Assembly: GCA_963727625.1 (NCBI GenBank)
Contig: CAVSHR010000006.1
Location: forward strand, 160,001-224,000
Direction of reading: 5' to 3'
Source: an uncultured delta proteobacterium
GTDB taxonomy: Bacteria > Desulfobacterota > Binatia > UBA9968
Length of the DNA: 64,000 nucleotides
Within the stretch, counting starts at the first letter, position 1. The number at the start of each line of letters is the position of its first letter. The translations under genes were made by a program, and so were the position numbers. Positions 49,743 to 59,704 of this stretch are shown here, in pieces. The notes beneath the pieces are model-generated. The model searched no databases. It was not told the origin of the DNA and saw only the letters and a program-made list of their open reading frames with translations.

Positions 49743-50810
49743 CTAGCTCTGCTCGGGAGTCGAATACTCCTCGGAATAAAGGTCGAGCAACGCCCGCAAC
49801 AGGGCGAACAGGGCCGGACCGAGGACGATGCCCACCGCACCGAAGAGCGAGATACCGCCGAGGATGCCGAAGAATAGAAACAACACCGGCAGGCCGAGGC
49901 GATTACCGATGAGCAGCGGTTTCAGAATATTGTCGATCATGCCGACGACGCCCAGGCACCAAACGAGCAGGAGGATGCCGTTCACGGTTTCGCCCTGAAC
50001 GAATAGGTAGATCGACGCCGGAATCGACACGATGGTCGACCCGCCCACGGGCAGCAGCGCCACAAAGCCCGTCAGCACGCCCCACAACACCGCAAAGGGA
50101 ACACCCAATAACCAGTAAGCCAGTCCGGCGAGCAAACCCTGGAGCATCGCCACCACCAGCGAACCATGAACCACGGCGACCACGGTATCGACGATATTTT
50201 TAAACAAACGGGTTTGGTGCTCATGCCCCATCGGCAGCAGCCGTTGCACGCGAGTTACGAAACCCGCGCCGTCGCGAAGAAAGAAAAAAAGCGTTACCAG
50301 GGCGATCACAAAGTTGACCGCGAAGAGCAAAACATTTTGCGCGATGCCCTTGACCTGCCCCACCAAAAACGACGATGAAGATTGCGCGCCTTGAATCAGC
50401 AGGTCCTTCCAGTTGATTTTAAAATCGACCAGCTGAAAAGTCATTCGGTCCCACCAGCTCAACAGCACTTGAACCCACGGTAGGGATTGCCACGGGGTGC
50501 CATTCTCGTTGTTCAAAAGCGAGCGCACCGACTGCACCAGCAAAACCGCCTCGTCGGATAAGAACCAAGCCAGCTGGATTCCCGGCGCAATGACCAACAC
50601 CGTGATCAGAACGATGACGATCAGCGCCGCCAGAGTCTCCCGTCCGCGCAGGCGCCCGAGTAGCCAGGCGTAGAGCGGGTATACCAGAATGGCGAGAATC
50701 AGCGCCCAGGTGATCGCCTTTAGGAACGGGCTGAGAATCAAAAACGCGCCGTAGAGTATGAGCAGCAGCAGCGCGAAGAAAAACCCGGTCACGAGCCAAG
50801 TTTGGTTCAC
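49743..50810 (-). CDS. AI-2E family transporter
   Basis: Multi-TM protein with FFFLRDG, DNILKP and GIVLGP; GTG start after RBS AAGGAG. Confidence 0.9.
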   Translation of the reverse strand: MNQTWLVTGFFFALLLLILYGAFLILSPFLKAITWALILAILVYPLYAWLLGRLRGRETLAALIVIVLITVLVIAPGIQLAWFLSDEAVLLVQSVRSLLNNENGTPWQSLPWVQVLLSWWDRMTFQLVDFKINWKDLLIQGAQSSSSFLVGQVKGIAQNVLLFAVNFVIALVTLFFFLRDGAGFVTRVQRLLPMGHEHQTRLFKNIVDTVVAVVHGSLVVAMLQGLLAGLAYWLLGVPFAVLWGVLTGFVALLPVGGSTIVSIPASIYLFVQGETVNGILLLVWCLGVVGMIDNILKPLLIGNRLGLPVLFLFFGILGGISLFGAVGIVLGPALFALLRALLDLYSEEYSTPEQS

Positions 50811-51033
50811 CGATTGAACTCCTTTTGCGGCTCGTTGAACTCTACGCACAAGGCTCGCGTCCTTCAAGCGCTGTACCACAGGCGGGCATTTCGGTCGCGA
50901 CGCAAGCTTGCTACAGGGTGTATCAAACCGACTACTACAAGGCCCAGCCAGCGGCACTGGCCGCTTCTGGCCTCGGTGGAAATTGTCATGCCAATTCAAC
51001 GGCTTACTTCAAAGGAAAAACTCAGTTAGCGCC

Positions 51034-51049
51034 TGGTACAACAGTTGCG
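51034..51049 (+). promoter_or_regulatory. Putative sigma54 (-24/-12) promoter upstream of the binding-protein array
   Basis: TGGTAC-AACAG-TTGC (GG-N10-GC). Confidence 0.45.
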
Positions 51050-51166
51050 CTATGACAGCTCCGACCGGGTATGCAGCGCCTAGCGGGCTACCAACGTTAC
51101 CCAAGATCAATCATTTCGGCTGGTGGATTTTTCCATGCAGTCCTGCCGGAAGGCTACGCAAATTTT

Positions 51167-52138
51167 ATGATGAACAAAGTTATTTTAGGCACGGCTCTAT
51201 TGTTGTTCAGTCTCACCTGTAGCGCCGCTGGACAGCCGGCGAAACCCTATCGGATCGGGGTTCTTCTTCCCGGCGGCCCTCAGTACGAAACCCTCGACGG
51301 ACTGCGCCAGGGCTTGAAAGAGCTAGGGCTCCGGGAAGGCAACCAGTACACTCTGGAGATCAGAGATGTCGAAGGAGATGCAACCGTCGCTCATGAAGGG
51401 GCCAGGGTCATGGAAAGAGCCAAAGTCAGTCTTATCTATGCGCTGACGACACCAGTCATTACGCAAGCCAAGGCGGCGACAGGTCACACTCCGATTGTCT
51501 TTTCGATCGGCAGCGATCCCGTCACCGGCGGGCTGGTCGAGAGTTTCGCCAAGCCAGGCGGCCGGCTCACCGGAGTCCATTATCTCGTCCGCGATCTCAC
51601 CGCCAAGCGCCTCGAAGTTTTGAAGGAGATCCTTCCCAAGATCGACCGAGTTCTTACCTATTACGATCCCGCCAATCGGGTTGCCGCCGAGGGCGCGACC
51701 CTGGCGCGCAACGAGGCGAAACGAATCGGCATCAAGCTCATCGAACGGCACGTTAGCTCCGTCGGCGAGCTGAAAAGCGAATTGCACAAGCTTAAGACCG
51801 GCGAAGCCGACGCCTTTTTCTTCACCGCGGACCTAATGGTGGGCAGTCAATCACAACTCATTATCGATAGCACCAAAGCAAAAAAGCTCCCGGCGATGTT
51901 TCAGGAGCGAACGCTAGTGGCCCAAGGCGCGCTCGCGAGCTACGGCCAGAACTACCGAGAGATCGGCCGGCTCTCGGCCAGGTACGTCCAGCAAGTTCTC
52001 ACCGGCACCCAGCCGAAGGATTTGAAAATCGAGACCGTCGACAGCGTCGAGCTGGCGATCAACTTGCAGACTGCCAGACAGCTCGGCATTACGATCCCGC
52101 CGCAAGTCCTGGCGCGCGCGCAGAAGGTGATCAAGTGA
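51167..52138 (+). CDS. ABC_sub_bind-type substrate-binding protein, array copy A
   Basis: RIGVL...GLKELG..EG, DPV.GGLVESFAKPGG.LTG and terminal IPPQVLARAQKVIK. Confidence 0.9.
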   Translation: MMNKVILGTALLLFSLTCSAAGQPAKPYRIGVLLPGGPQYETLDGLRQGLKELGLREGNQYTLEIRDVEGDATVAHEGARVMERAKVSLIYALTTPVITQAKAATGHTPIVFSIGSDPVTGGLVESFAKPGGRLTGVHYLVRDLTAKRLEVLKEILPKIDRVLTYYDPANRVAAEGATLARNEAKRIGIKLIERHVSSVGELKSELHKLKTGEADAFFFTADLMVGSQSQLIIDSTKAKKLPAMFQERTLVAQGALASYGQNYREIGRLSARYVQQVLTGTQPKDLKIETVDSVELAINLQTARQLGITIPPQVLARAQKVIK

Positions 52139-52140
52139 AG

Positions 52141-53143
52141 ATGGGCAACAGGCAACAGCGATAAAGCGAAATTCGTTGCTCTCGCGCTCTGCGCTACGCT
52201 CTTTGCGCTATTGGGATCTGCTGAGGCGCAGCAGCCGAAGAAAGTCGAACGCATAGGGTATCTGGTATCAGTTCGTGGTGGGCTCGCGTCGACCGAAGAC
52301 GCGCTGCGAGCCGGTCTGCGCGAGCTAGACTACATCGAAGGACAGAATTTTGTCGTCGAGTCGCGATCTGCCGAAGGGAAGGTCGAGCGGTTACCGGGGC
52401 TTGCAGAGGATTTGATACGCCTGAAAGTTGACGTCATCGTTGTCACAAGCGTGCAGGGCGCTCTGGCTGCCAAAAAGGCTACTCAATCCATCCCCATTGT
52501 CTTTGCCGTCGCTCAAGATCCCGCAGGAAGCGGTCTGGTTGCCAGCCTTGCGCACCCAGGTGGAAATGTTACCGGAGTGACGGACTTCGCCCGAGAGTTA
52601 GCCGACAAGCGGCTGGAACTACTCAAGGAGACCGTTCCCAAGATCTCACGCCTAGCGCTCCTTTTGTGGAAACCGGCCGGACCGGACTATATGGCCGAGA
52701 GAAATGATATCGAGATGGCCGCCACAACCTTGCGAATCAAGATTCGGCCGGTCGAAGTGGGAAGCGCCAACGAGCTGGAGAGCGCCTTCGTGCGCATGGC
52801 CCAGGAGGGCGCCGATGCTTTTATGGGGCTGACGGACACGAGATTCGCCACCAATCGAAAACGGATCATCGAGCTGGTTGTGAAGAACCGTCTGCCGGCA
52901 GTGTATCAGGACTGGGTGTTCGTTCAGACCGGCGGTCTGATGTCTTACGGGACAAACCGTGTTCAGTGGCGGCGGCGCATAGCGTGGTACGTCGACAAAA
53001 TCCTTAAAGGCACGAAGCCGGCTGATCTTCCGGTCGAACGACCAACGAAATTCGAATTCGTTGTAAATCTCAAAGCCGCCAAGCGGATCGGCCTGTCGAT
53101 CCCGCCCAACGTGCTGGTGCGAGCGGATAGGGTGATTCAATGA
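52141..53143 (+). CDS. ABC_sub_bind-type protein, copy B; signal peptide is out of frame with its ATG
   Basis: Body intact from 52211. The ATG at 52141 is shifted by a duplicated GGCAACA heptamer. Confidence 0.8.
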
Positions 53144-54144
53144 AAACAAGCCATAGCAAAAAAGCCAGCGTCATTGGCCTTACGCTTTTCGCCATGCTCT
53201 TTGCGCTTTGCCGTCCAGCCGAGGCGCAGCAAGCGGAGAAAGTCCCCCGGATTGGATACCTAAGCGGTAGCCCGCCTTCCGCTATCGCGGAACACAACGA
53301 GGCCTTCCGCCAAGGTCTGCGCGAGCTTGGATATATGGAGGGTAAAAATATTGTGATTGAGTGGCGATCTGCAGAGGGAAAACGTGACCGCCTACCGGCG
53401 CTTGCTACCGAGCTAGTGCACCTCAAGGTCGACGTCATCGTGACGGCTGGACCGTTAGTAACCCGTTCTGCCAAACAAGCAACTTCCACAATTCCGATTG
53501 TCATGGCGCAGGATCCCGATCCGGTCCGCAACGGGTTCGTTGCCAGCTTGGCACGGCCGGGCGGTAACATAACTGGACTTTCCAGAATTGCCCCGGAGCT
53601 AAGCGGAAAACAAATGGAGCTTTTGAAGGAGATCGTTCCCATGCTATCCCGCGTGGCCGTCTTCGGGACTTCAACCAGGCCGGGAAACGCACAAACGTTA
53701 AAAGAAGTGGAACTTGCTGCGGAGGGGTTCGGGGTGAAACTTCAATACCTAGACATCCTAAGTCCCAAAGATATTGTGACTGCATTCCGAGCCGCAGTTA
53801 AGGAACGGGCCGACGGCGCACTCTGGATCGTAACGGGCTCGATTGGGAATCCTCACCGAAAAAAGATTGCGGACCTCGCGGTGAGCAGCCGGCTCCCGGT
53901 GATATACTTTCAGCGAGTAGATGTGGAAGCCGGGGGGCTTATGTCCTACGGGGTGAACGTGGTCGACTTGCACCGCCGCGCCGCGGTGTACGTGCACAAG
54001 ATCCTGAAGGGCGCCAAGCCGGCTGATTTACCCGTTGAGCAGCCCACAAGGTTTGAGTTCGTAGTCAATCTCAAGACCGCGAACCAGATCGGCGTGACGA
54101 TTCCGCAGAACGTGCTGATGCGGGCGGATCGAGTTATTAGGTGA
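53140..54144 (+). CDS. ABC_sub_bind-type protein, copy C
   Basis: Family motifs; ATGA overlap with copy B. Confidence 0.92.
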   Translation: MKTSHSKKASVIGLTLFAMLFALCRPAEAQQAEKVPRIGYLSGSPPSAIAEHNEAFRQGLRELGYMEGKNIVIEWRSAEGKRDRLPALATELVHLKVDVIVTAGPLVTRSAKQATSTIPIVMAQDPDPVRNGFVASLARPGGNITGLSRIAPELSGKQMELLKEIVPMLSRVAVFGTSTRPGNAQTLKEVELAAEGFGVKLQYLDILSPKDIVTAFRAAVKERADGALWIVTGSIGNPHRKKIADLAVSSRLPVIYFQRVDVEAGGLMSYGVNVVDLHRRAAVYVHKILKGAKPADLPVEQPTRFEFVVNLKTANQIGVTIPQNVLMRADRVIR

Positions 54145-54193
54145 AGAAGTTCGACCCGGAAACCAAATCGGGAGGCGGTTTGCCTATCTGGCG

Positions 54194-54544
54194 CTACCCG
54201 ACAAACCCATCTACGGGAATTAATCGCTTGGCGACAGGATCGACGCCGAGAAATAGGCTCTCAAGCGCTACGGCGCCGAGCAGCGGCGGACCGTCGGGCG
54301 CGATAAAACACGGAGTCGTGATCTCAGTGCCGTTCAGCGACAAACGTGCTTCGGCTACCGGCCAGACGTCTCGCTGTCCGCCGGCGATCACAACGCGTTG
54401 CGAGCGAGTGGATTTCAGCTCAAGCCTTTCCGCCAGGGACCGTGGCACTACGCTAAGAGTCGCACCGGTGTCCACCAAAAGCTCGACTTCTTCGCCACGC
54501 CCCGTGGGGCCAGTCAGATGCCCTTTTACGTGGAACAATCCCAT
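54194..54544 (-). CDS. Clan AA (retropepsin-like) aspartyl protease
   Basis: LLVDTGAT and LLGAVALE motifs. Confidence 0.85.
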   Translation of the reverse strand: MGLFHVKGHLTGPTGRGEEVELLVDTGATLSVVPRSLAERLELKSTRSQRVVIAGGQRDVWPVAEARLSLNGTEITTPCFIAPDGPPLLGAVALESLFLGVDPVAKRLIPVDGFVG

Positions 54545-54628
54545 ATCAAAGGTCTTCCGAAAAACATGGTCATTGTAGCGCAGCTAGACAACAAAGCAAC
54601 AAAACTGGTTAGTCTATACAGGTTTGCC

Positions 54629-54755
54629 AACCCACAGATCTCCCGTCGAGCATCCGACCAAGTTCGAATCCGTGATCAATCTTAAAACCGCCCAGCAGAT
54701 CGGCATGACGATCGCGCCGAACGTCCTGGCGCGGGCGGATCGGGTCATAAGATGA
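54629..54755 (+). repeat. Orphan 3'-end copy of the binding-protein gene (tail repeat)
   Basis: Encodes ...[36 protein letters not shown] with no gene body upstream. Confidence 0.9.
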
Positions 54756-54846
54756 CAGCACTGAGTTACGAGTGCTGAGGACTGAGGTGGTGATCTGTAA
54801 AGACCGGCACTCATGGCTCAGCACGCAGCACGTTTAGGGAGGAGAG

Positions 54847-55812
54847 ATGAGAAATAGTCTATTGCTTCTATTGGTCATAGTGGCCCTGGCCGTTGTCACC
54901 GCGGCTCAGGCGCAACAACCAGGGCGGATGCCGCGGATAGGTTATTTAAACATCGGGTCCAAAGTCGAGCGGCCATCTGAAGCATTCCTCCAAGGGCTGC
55001 GCGATCTCGGCTATGTCGAGGGAAAGAACATCATCATCGAGTACCGAGGGGATCCCCAAAGAAGGGAAGATCGACTGCCGGAGTTGGCGGCGGATCTGGT
55101 CCGTCTCAAAGTAGCCGTTATCGTTGCCCTGAGCCCACCGGCGGCGCGCGCCGCAAAGAACGCCACTCAGACAATCCCCATCGTCATTAGGACCACGGGA
55201 GACCCGGTTCGGGCAGGATTTGTTCAAAGTCTTGCTCGGCCGGGCGGAAATATCACGGGCGTTACCTCCATCTCATCGGAGTTATATGGCAAGCGGTTGG
55301 GGCTGCTCAAAGAGGTGATCCCGGGACTTTCCCGCGTGGGCGTTTTGCACAATCCGGACCGCAGCAACTTCAAGAAAATGCAGAGTGCGGCCAGGCCGCT
55401 AGCGTTGGAGCTTCGATCCTTAGAGGTCCGAACTTCGAATGATTTTGCCCCTGCGTTCACAACCGCAACCCGAGCCCACGCTCAAGCGCTCATCACCATA
55501 AGGACTCCACTTTTGAATAATCACCGAAAACAGATTGCCGAGTTGGCGATAAAGAGGCGGCTGCCGTCGATTTACGATGAAGTGCAATATGTCGATGTTG
55601 GCGGCCTGATGTCTTATGGGACGCACTTGGGTGACCTGCACCGGCGCGCCGCGGTTTTCGTCGACAAGATCCTCAAAGGAACTAAGCCGGCCGACATCCC
55701 AGTGGAGCAGCCAACGAAATTCGAGTTCGTGATCAATCTTAAAACCGCCAAGCAGATCGGTCTGACGATCCCGCCGAATGTGCTGGCGCGGGCGGACAGA
55801 GTAATTAGGTAA
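54847..55812 (+). CDS. ABC_sub_bind-type protein, copy D
   Basis: Signal peptide, family motifs and RBS GGAGG. Confidence 0.92.
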   Translation: MRNSLLLLLVIVALAVVTAAQAQQPGRMPRIGYLNIGSKVERPSEAFLQGLRDLGYVEGKNIIIEYRGDPQRREDRLPELAADLVRLKVAVIVALSPPAARAAKNATQTIPIVIRTTGDPVRAGFVQSLARPGGNITGVTSISSELYGKRLGLLKEVIPGLSRVGVLHNPDRSNFKKMQSAARPLALELRSLEVRTSNDFAPAFTTATRAHAQALITIRTPLLNNHRKQIAELAIKRRLPSIYDEVQYVDVGGLMSYGTHLGDLHRRAAVFVDKILKGTKPADIPVEQPTKFEFVINLKTAKQIGLTIPPNVLARADRVIR

Positions 55813-55859
55813 GTCCTGATCGGCGGACCGGTAATTTTCAAGAAAAGGAGGTGCAAGGC

Positions 55860-56834
55860 ATGATCACAAGGTCTCTCACCGTCCTGTTCGCTTGTGCGAT
55901 TCTGTTGTTTCACGAACCCAGCCAAGCGCAACAGCCGAAGCGAATCTGGCAGATCGGTTTGTTCCATGTGGGGTTGGACCATGTTCCGCCGTCATTTCCC
56001 GCGCTAAGGGAAGCAATCAAAGAACTGGGCTACGAAGAGGGAAAAAACAGCCATTTGGACTGGCGCAACCTGCCCGACGATGCGGCGGCCCTTGCTACCG
56101 CCCAAGAATTTACCCGCCAACCGGTCGATTTGATCGTGGCCTTTGAGGACCAGACGATTCGCGCTGCCAAGGCAGCCACCTCTGAAGTGCCAGTTTTATT
56201 CCTGCACGCGAATGCTCCTGTGAAGGATGGGTTTGTGAAAAGTTTTGCCCACCCTGGCGGTAATATGACCGGCTTCGTCACATGGCCCGTGTCCTATGGC
56301 AAGCGTGTCGAATTGTTCAAAGAGTTGATTCCTGATCTCCGCAGTCTGCTCCTGATCGCTCATCCGGACGATCCCGTCGGGCATCGCTGGCTGCAAGAAA
56401 TGCGCAGCGCCGGCGCCGCGCTGAAGCTTCGTTTGATCGAGCGCGAAGTCAGCAATCAAGCGGAAATCGAACGGGTGATGCGGTCCGTAAGGCGAGATGA
56501 AGTCGGCGGAGTCTTGGTAGCGTCTCTGATTCTCCGCAACAGTTACAGTTCGCTGATCGTCGATATTGCCTCGGAGCGGCGTCTACCCTTGGGGATGCAT
56601 CGCAAAGAATGGGTCGAGCGGGGCGCGTTGTTTTCCTATGCGGCGGACCTCGCCTCCGTCGGCCGGGCCGCCGCCCCCTATGTCGACAGGATTCTCAAAG
56701 GTACCAAGCCGGCGGATCTGCCGGTCGATCAGGTATCGCGATTCGAGCTGGTGATCAATCTGAAATCAGCCCAGAAACTTGGCCTGACGATTCCCCAATC
56801 GGTTCTGTTTCGCGCAACCAAGGTGATCAAATGA
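55860..56834 (+). CDS. ABC_sub_bind-type protein, copy E (divergent subfamily)
   Basis: IGLFHVGLDHVPPS variant; RBS AAGGAGG. Confidence 0.9.
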   Translation: MITRSLTVLFACAILLFHEPSQAQQPKRIWQIGLFHVGLDHVPPSFPALREAIKELGYEEGKNSHLDWRNLPDDAAALATAQEFTRQPVDLIVAFEDQTIRAAKAATSEVPVLFLHANAPVKDGFVKSFAHPGGNMTGFVTWPVSYGKRVELFKELIPDLRSLLLIAHPDDPVGHRWLQEMRSAGAALKLRLIEREVSNQAEIERVMRSVRRDEVGGVLVASLILRNSYSSLIVDIASERRLPLGMHRKEWVERGALFSYAADLASVGRAAAPYVDRILKGTKPADLPVDQVSRFELVINLKSAQKLGLTIPQSVLFRATKVIK

Positions 56835-56931
56835 TCGAGCCGAAGTCGCAAGTCGCGGAGGGCGAAACACGGCCCCTAGGAAACCTCGCAAGCGATAGCC
56901 CAATTAATTAAATCCTTCAAGGAGGTGGGTT

Positions 56932-57523
56932 ATGACGCGCAACAAAATGATTTTGTCCGTGCTGCTGGCGGCCATCGTCCACGCGGGCGGAGCATGGGCA
57001 CAACAATAGTTCACCATCAAGAATCTTGTCGAGAAAAAGGTGTAAGAGTCACCGGCAGGGTCGCTTTACTGGCGGATCGAGAACTTTGCCGGCCTCGCCG
57101 AGGCGCAGGCCGCCGCCGGTCCTACGGCACTGGCAGCTCCATCGATGGGCAAGGTTTGGCTCTTTACGCTCGGCGGCACCGGTGGATCAACACCGGGAGG
57201 CATCAAGGTCCTGAGGTCGGACCCATTCCCCTGTTCGTTGCGCCGGACTATCTCCTGCGTATCAACGAGGCGAGCGGCCCTCCTGGCAGCGTAACGTCCC
57301 AGCACACTCATCCGGGCTTCGAGACCTTCTACGTGCTCGCTGGGGAGCAAACCATTCGTACGCCTCAAGGCGTGCTCCGTGTTCGGGCTGGCCAACCCGC
57401 GACCGACCGTGACGCAGACAATCCGATGCGTTCTCGAGCAGCGGCTCGACAGATCTTCACTCCTTGGCGATGTTCGTGGTAGATGCCACCAGGCCTTTTT
57501 CATATCCGGCCACGCTGCCCTAG
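56932..57523 (+). pseudogene. Exported cupin-domain protein pseudogene
   Basis: MTRNKMIL...AWAQQ*FTIKNLVEKKV*ESPAGSLYWRIENF... then HTHPGFETFYVLAGE: two in-frame stops and two frameshifts. Confidence 0.8.
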
Positions 57524-57544
57524 GCTGGCTGCGGTCCCGCATAC

Positions 57545-57594
57545 TCTCGATTCCTCCGAACGTGCTGGCGCGGGCGGATCGGGTGATCAAATGA
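57545..57594 (+). repeat. Orphan tail repeat
   Basis: CGATTCCTCCGAACGTGCTGGCGCGGGCGGATCGGGTGATCAAATGA ([14 protein letters not shown]). Confidence 0.9.
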
Positions 57595-57787
57595 CCTACG
57601 GGAATGCTCGGATCGAACTTTGTTCTCCATCAACTAAGTGTCGCATGAAGCCAAACTGAAGCGTAGTTCAGTTCAATCGGACGTTGAATGAGCATCTTCC
57701 CCCGAAGCACCGGTTCCCTTTCCACTATAATTCTTATTATTCTCAGCTTCCGTCTTTATCTTACATACGCTCGCGAACGAGGTGGAT

Positions 57788-58771
57788 ATGAAAAGACTTG
57801 GTTCACTATCAATCCTGGTTGCAGTGAGTTTGCTTACTGTTGCGATTCCGGCCGAGGCGCAGCAGGCAGTTCAACCGGCGCGTATCTGTTGGCTTTCCGC
57901 CGGTGGGGGCGGTGATCATTTGGCTCTCAATGCATTCCGCGACGGCATGCGTGACCTAGGGTACGTTGAAGGCCGCAATCTAGTGATCGATGCACGTTGG
58001 GGCGATGGATCTAAAAAGCTCCTCGACCAGTACGCGGTCGAGCTAGTACGCTCAAGCCCCCGGGTGCTCGTGACGCAAGCAGGACAGGCGATCTTTGCCG
58101 TACGTCGGACAAAGCCGACGATCCCGATCGTGTTCGGGCTCAGCGGCGATCCGGTGGAAGCTGGATTAGTCGACAGCTTCGCGCATCCCGGCGGTAATTT
58201 TACCGGCGTGTCTTTTCTTTCCCTTGACCTTGTCGGCAAGCGCATGGTGCTGCTGAAGGAAACCATTGTCTCGCTCAAGCGCGTCGCCGTGCTCGCTAAT
58301 CCGAGTCATCCAGGCGAGAAAAGCGAGCAGAGCGCAACCCGCGCTGCGGCAAAAGCGCTCGGTCTCGATTTTGAGTATTTTCCGGCACGGCCAGGACAGG
58401 ATTACGACCGCGTCCTTCCCGCCGTCGCCAAATCTCGTAGCCAAGCGTTATTTGTTTTTCCCGATGCTGGAGTAATCGGAAACAGTGAAAAGATCGCCGC
58501 CTTCTCAGTGAAGAATCGCATCCCGGCGATGTCCGGTTGGGCCGAATTTGCCGAGCGAGGAAATCTTATGACCTACGGTCCAATTTTGAATGAAGGTTAC
58601 CGGCGGCTGGCAACGTACGTCGATAAAATTCTTAAGAGAGCCAAGCCGATGGATCTGCCGGTCGAGCTGCCGAAGAAGTTCGAGCTAGTGATCAATCTGA
58701 AAACCGCCAAGCAGATCGGCCTGACGATTCCGCCGAACGTGCTGGCAAGGGCAGACAGGGTCATTCGATGA
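57788..58771 (+). CDS. ABC_sub_bind-type protein, copy F
   Basis: Signal peptide and family motifs. Confidence 0.92.
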   Translation: MKRLGSLSILVAVSLLTVAIPAEAQQAVQPARICWLSAGGGGDHLALNAFRDGMRDLGYVEGRNLVIDARWGDGSKKLLDQYAVELVRSSPRVLVTQAGQAIFAVRRTKPTIPIVFGLSGDPVEAGLVDSFAHPGGNFTGVSFLSLDLVGKRMVLLKETIVSLKRVAVLANPSHPGEKSEQSATRAAAKALGLDFEYFPARPGQDYDRVLPAVAKSRSQALFVFPDAGVIGNSEKIAAFSVKNRIPAMSGWAEFAERGNLMTYGPILNEGYRRLATYVDKILKRAKPMDLPVELPKKFELVINLKTAKQIGLTIPPNVLARADRVIR

Positions 58772-58797
58772 ATGGTCAGGCGAAAAGCTTGAGTTTC

Positions 58798-59262
58798 TCA
58801 GCTCTGAAGAAAATCGCACAGGACCAGTATTTCGATGGCGTTAACTTTCTTCACGCGCTTATCGTTGGTCAAAAACAGAGTGGCCTCCTGTTGAATGGCC
58901 GCAGCGATTTGCAGGGCATCGGGCAGCCGGAGCGTGTAGCGCGCCCGAATGAGCGCCGCGGCTTCAGCCAGTTTCTCGTCGATTGTTACGACGGAGAGCG
59001 AAGCGAAAGACTTCAGGCTGAATTTGATTTCATCGGCCAGAGAAAAGTTCTTATCGGCAAACGGTTTTGCGAGGATCTCGGCCAGTGTCACGGCCGAGGT
59101 GACGGCACGCAGAGCATGATTCTCCAAAAGACTAAATACCGGATCGAGAAGATCGGCATACGGAGTAACTTCCTCGATATAATAAATGAAGGGCGCGGTA
59201 TCGAGACCAACGACCTTGTGCTTTTCGATGACCCGTCGCAGTCTATGCGCGTTGCCATTCAT
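58798..59262 (-). CDS. vapC: PIN-domain (VapC-like) toxin
   Basis: LDTAPFIY, TLAE, LPDALQIA and TND acidic PIN residues. Confidence 0.9.
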   Translation of the reverse strand: MNGNAHRLRRVIEKHKVVGLDTAPFIYYIEEVTPYADLLDPVFSLLENHALRAVTSAVTLAEILAKPFADKNFSLADEIKFSLKSFASLSVVTIDEKLAEAAALIRARYTLRLPDALQIAAAIQQEATLFLTNDKRVKKVNAIEILVLCDFLQS

Positions 59263-59488
59263 CCCGCAGCTTCTCTAGATAGGCATCAATCTTGGCGCGA
59301 CTGCCCCAGGTGCCTTTGCCGAGACCGCGCAGACGCCCGGCAGAACTTTTCGGTTTAGGCCGGAGGATAATTTTGTTGCCCTCAACGACAGCGGCCAACT
59401 GGTCGCCGGGCTTTAAGTCCAAGCTCTTGCGGATCTCTTTGGAAATGACGATTTGCGACTTTTGATTAAGAGTTAGCACCGATTCCAT
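59243..59488 (-). CDS. AbrB/MazE/SpoVT-type antitoxin
   Basis: KSQIVISKEIRKSLDLKPGD...IILRP; overlaps the toxin start. Confidence 0.9.
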   Translation of the reverse strand: MESVLTLNQKSQIVISKEIRKSLDLKPGDQLAAVVEGNKIILRPKPKSSAGRLRGLGKGTWGSRAKIDAYLEKLRDEWQRA

Positions 59489-59497
59489 AATTATACT

Positions 59498-59547
59498 CCA
59501 AATGATCGATTTGGGATAAATTTATCAGACTTGGGTTACTGAATCAA
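59498..59547 (-). promoter_or_regulatory. TA promoter/operator
   Basis: TTGATT-17 bp-TAAATT with palindromes GATAAATTTATC and CCAAATGATCGATTTGG. Confidence 0.5.
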
Positions 59548-59554
59548 CTGACAC

Positions 59555-59624
59555 AACCGCGAAACAAATCGGCCTGACGATCCCGCCGAATGTGTTGGCG
59601 CGGGCGGACCGGGTCATCAGATGA
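59555..59624 (+). repeat. Orphan tail repeat
   Basis: Encodes [22 protein letters not shown] with no gene body. Confidence 0.9.
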
Positions 59625-59704
59625 CACTGCTGAGGACTGAGTTGAAAATCAGGAAAAACTCAGTACTCATGGCCCAGCACTCAGGACTTCCGTGGGGCGG
59701 AGCG

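Noticed and set aside
52136-52138. Selenocysteine or readthrough fusion of copies A and B at the in-frame TGA
   Set aside because: The TGA is at the family's normal stop position, not at a Cys site. The heptamer frameshift explains the frame more simply.
58768-59358. 196-aa plus-strand ORF starting at the copy F ATGA
   Set aside because: It is antisense to the well-supported PIN toxin and antitoxin genes.
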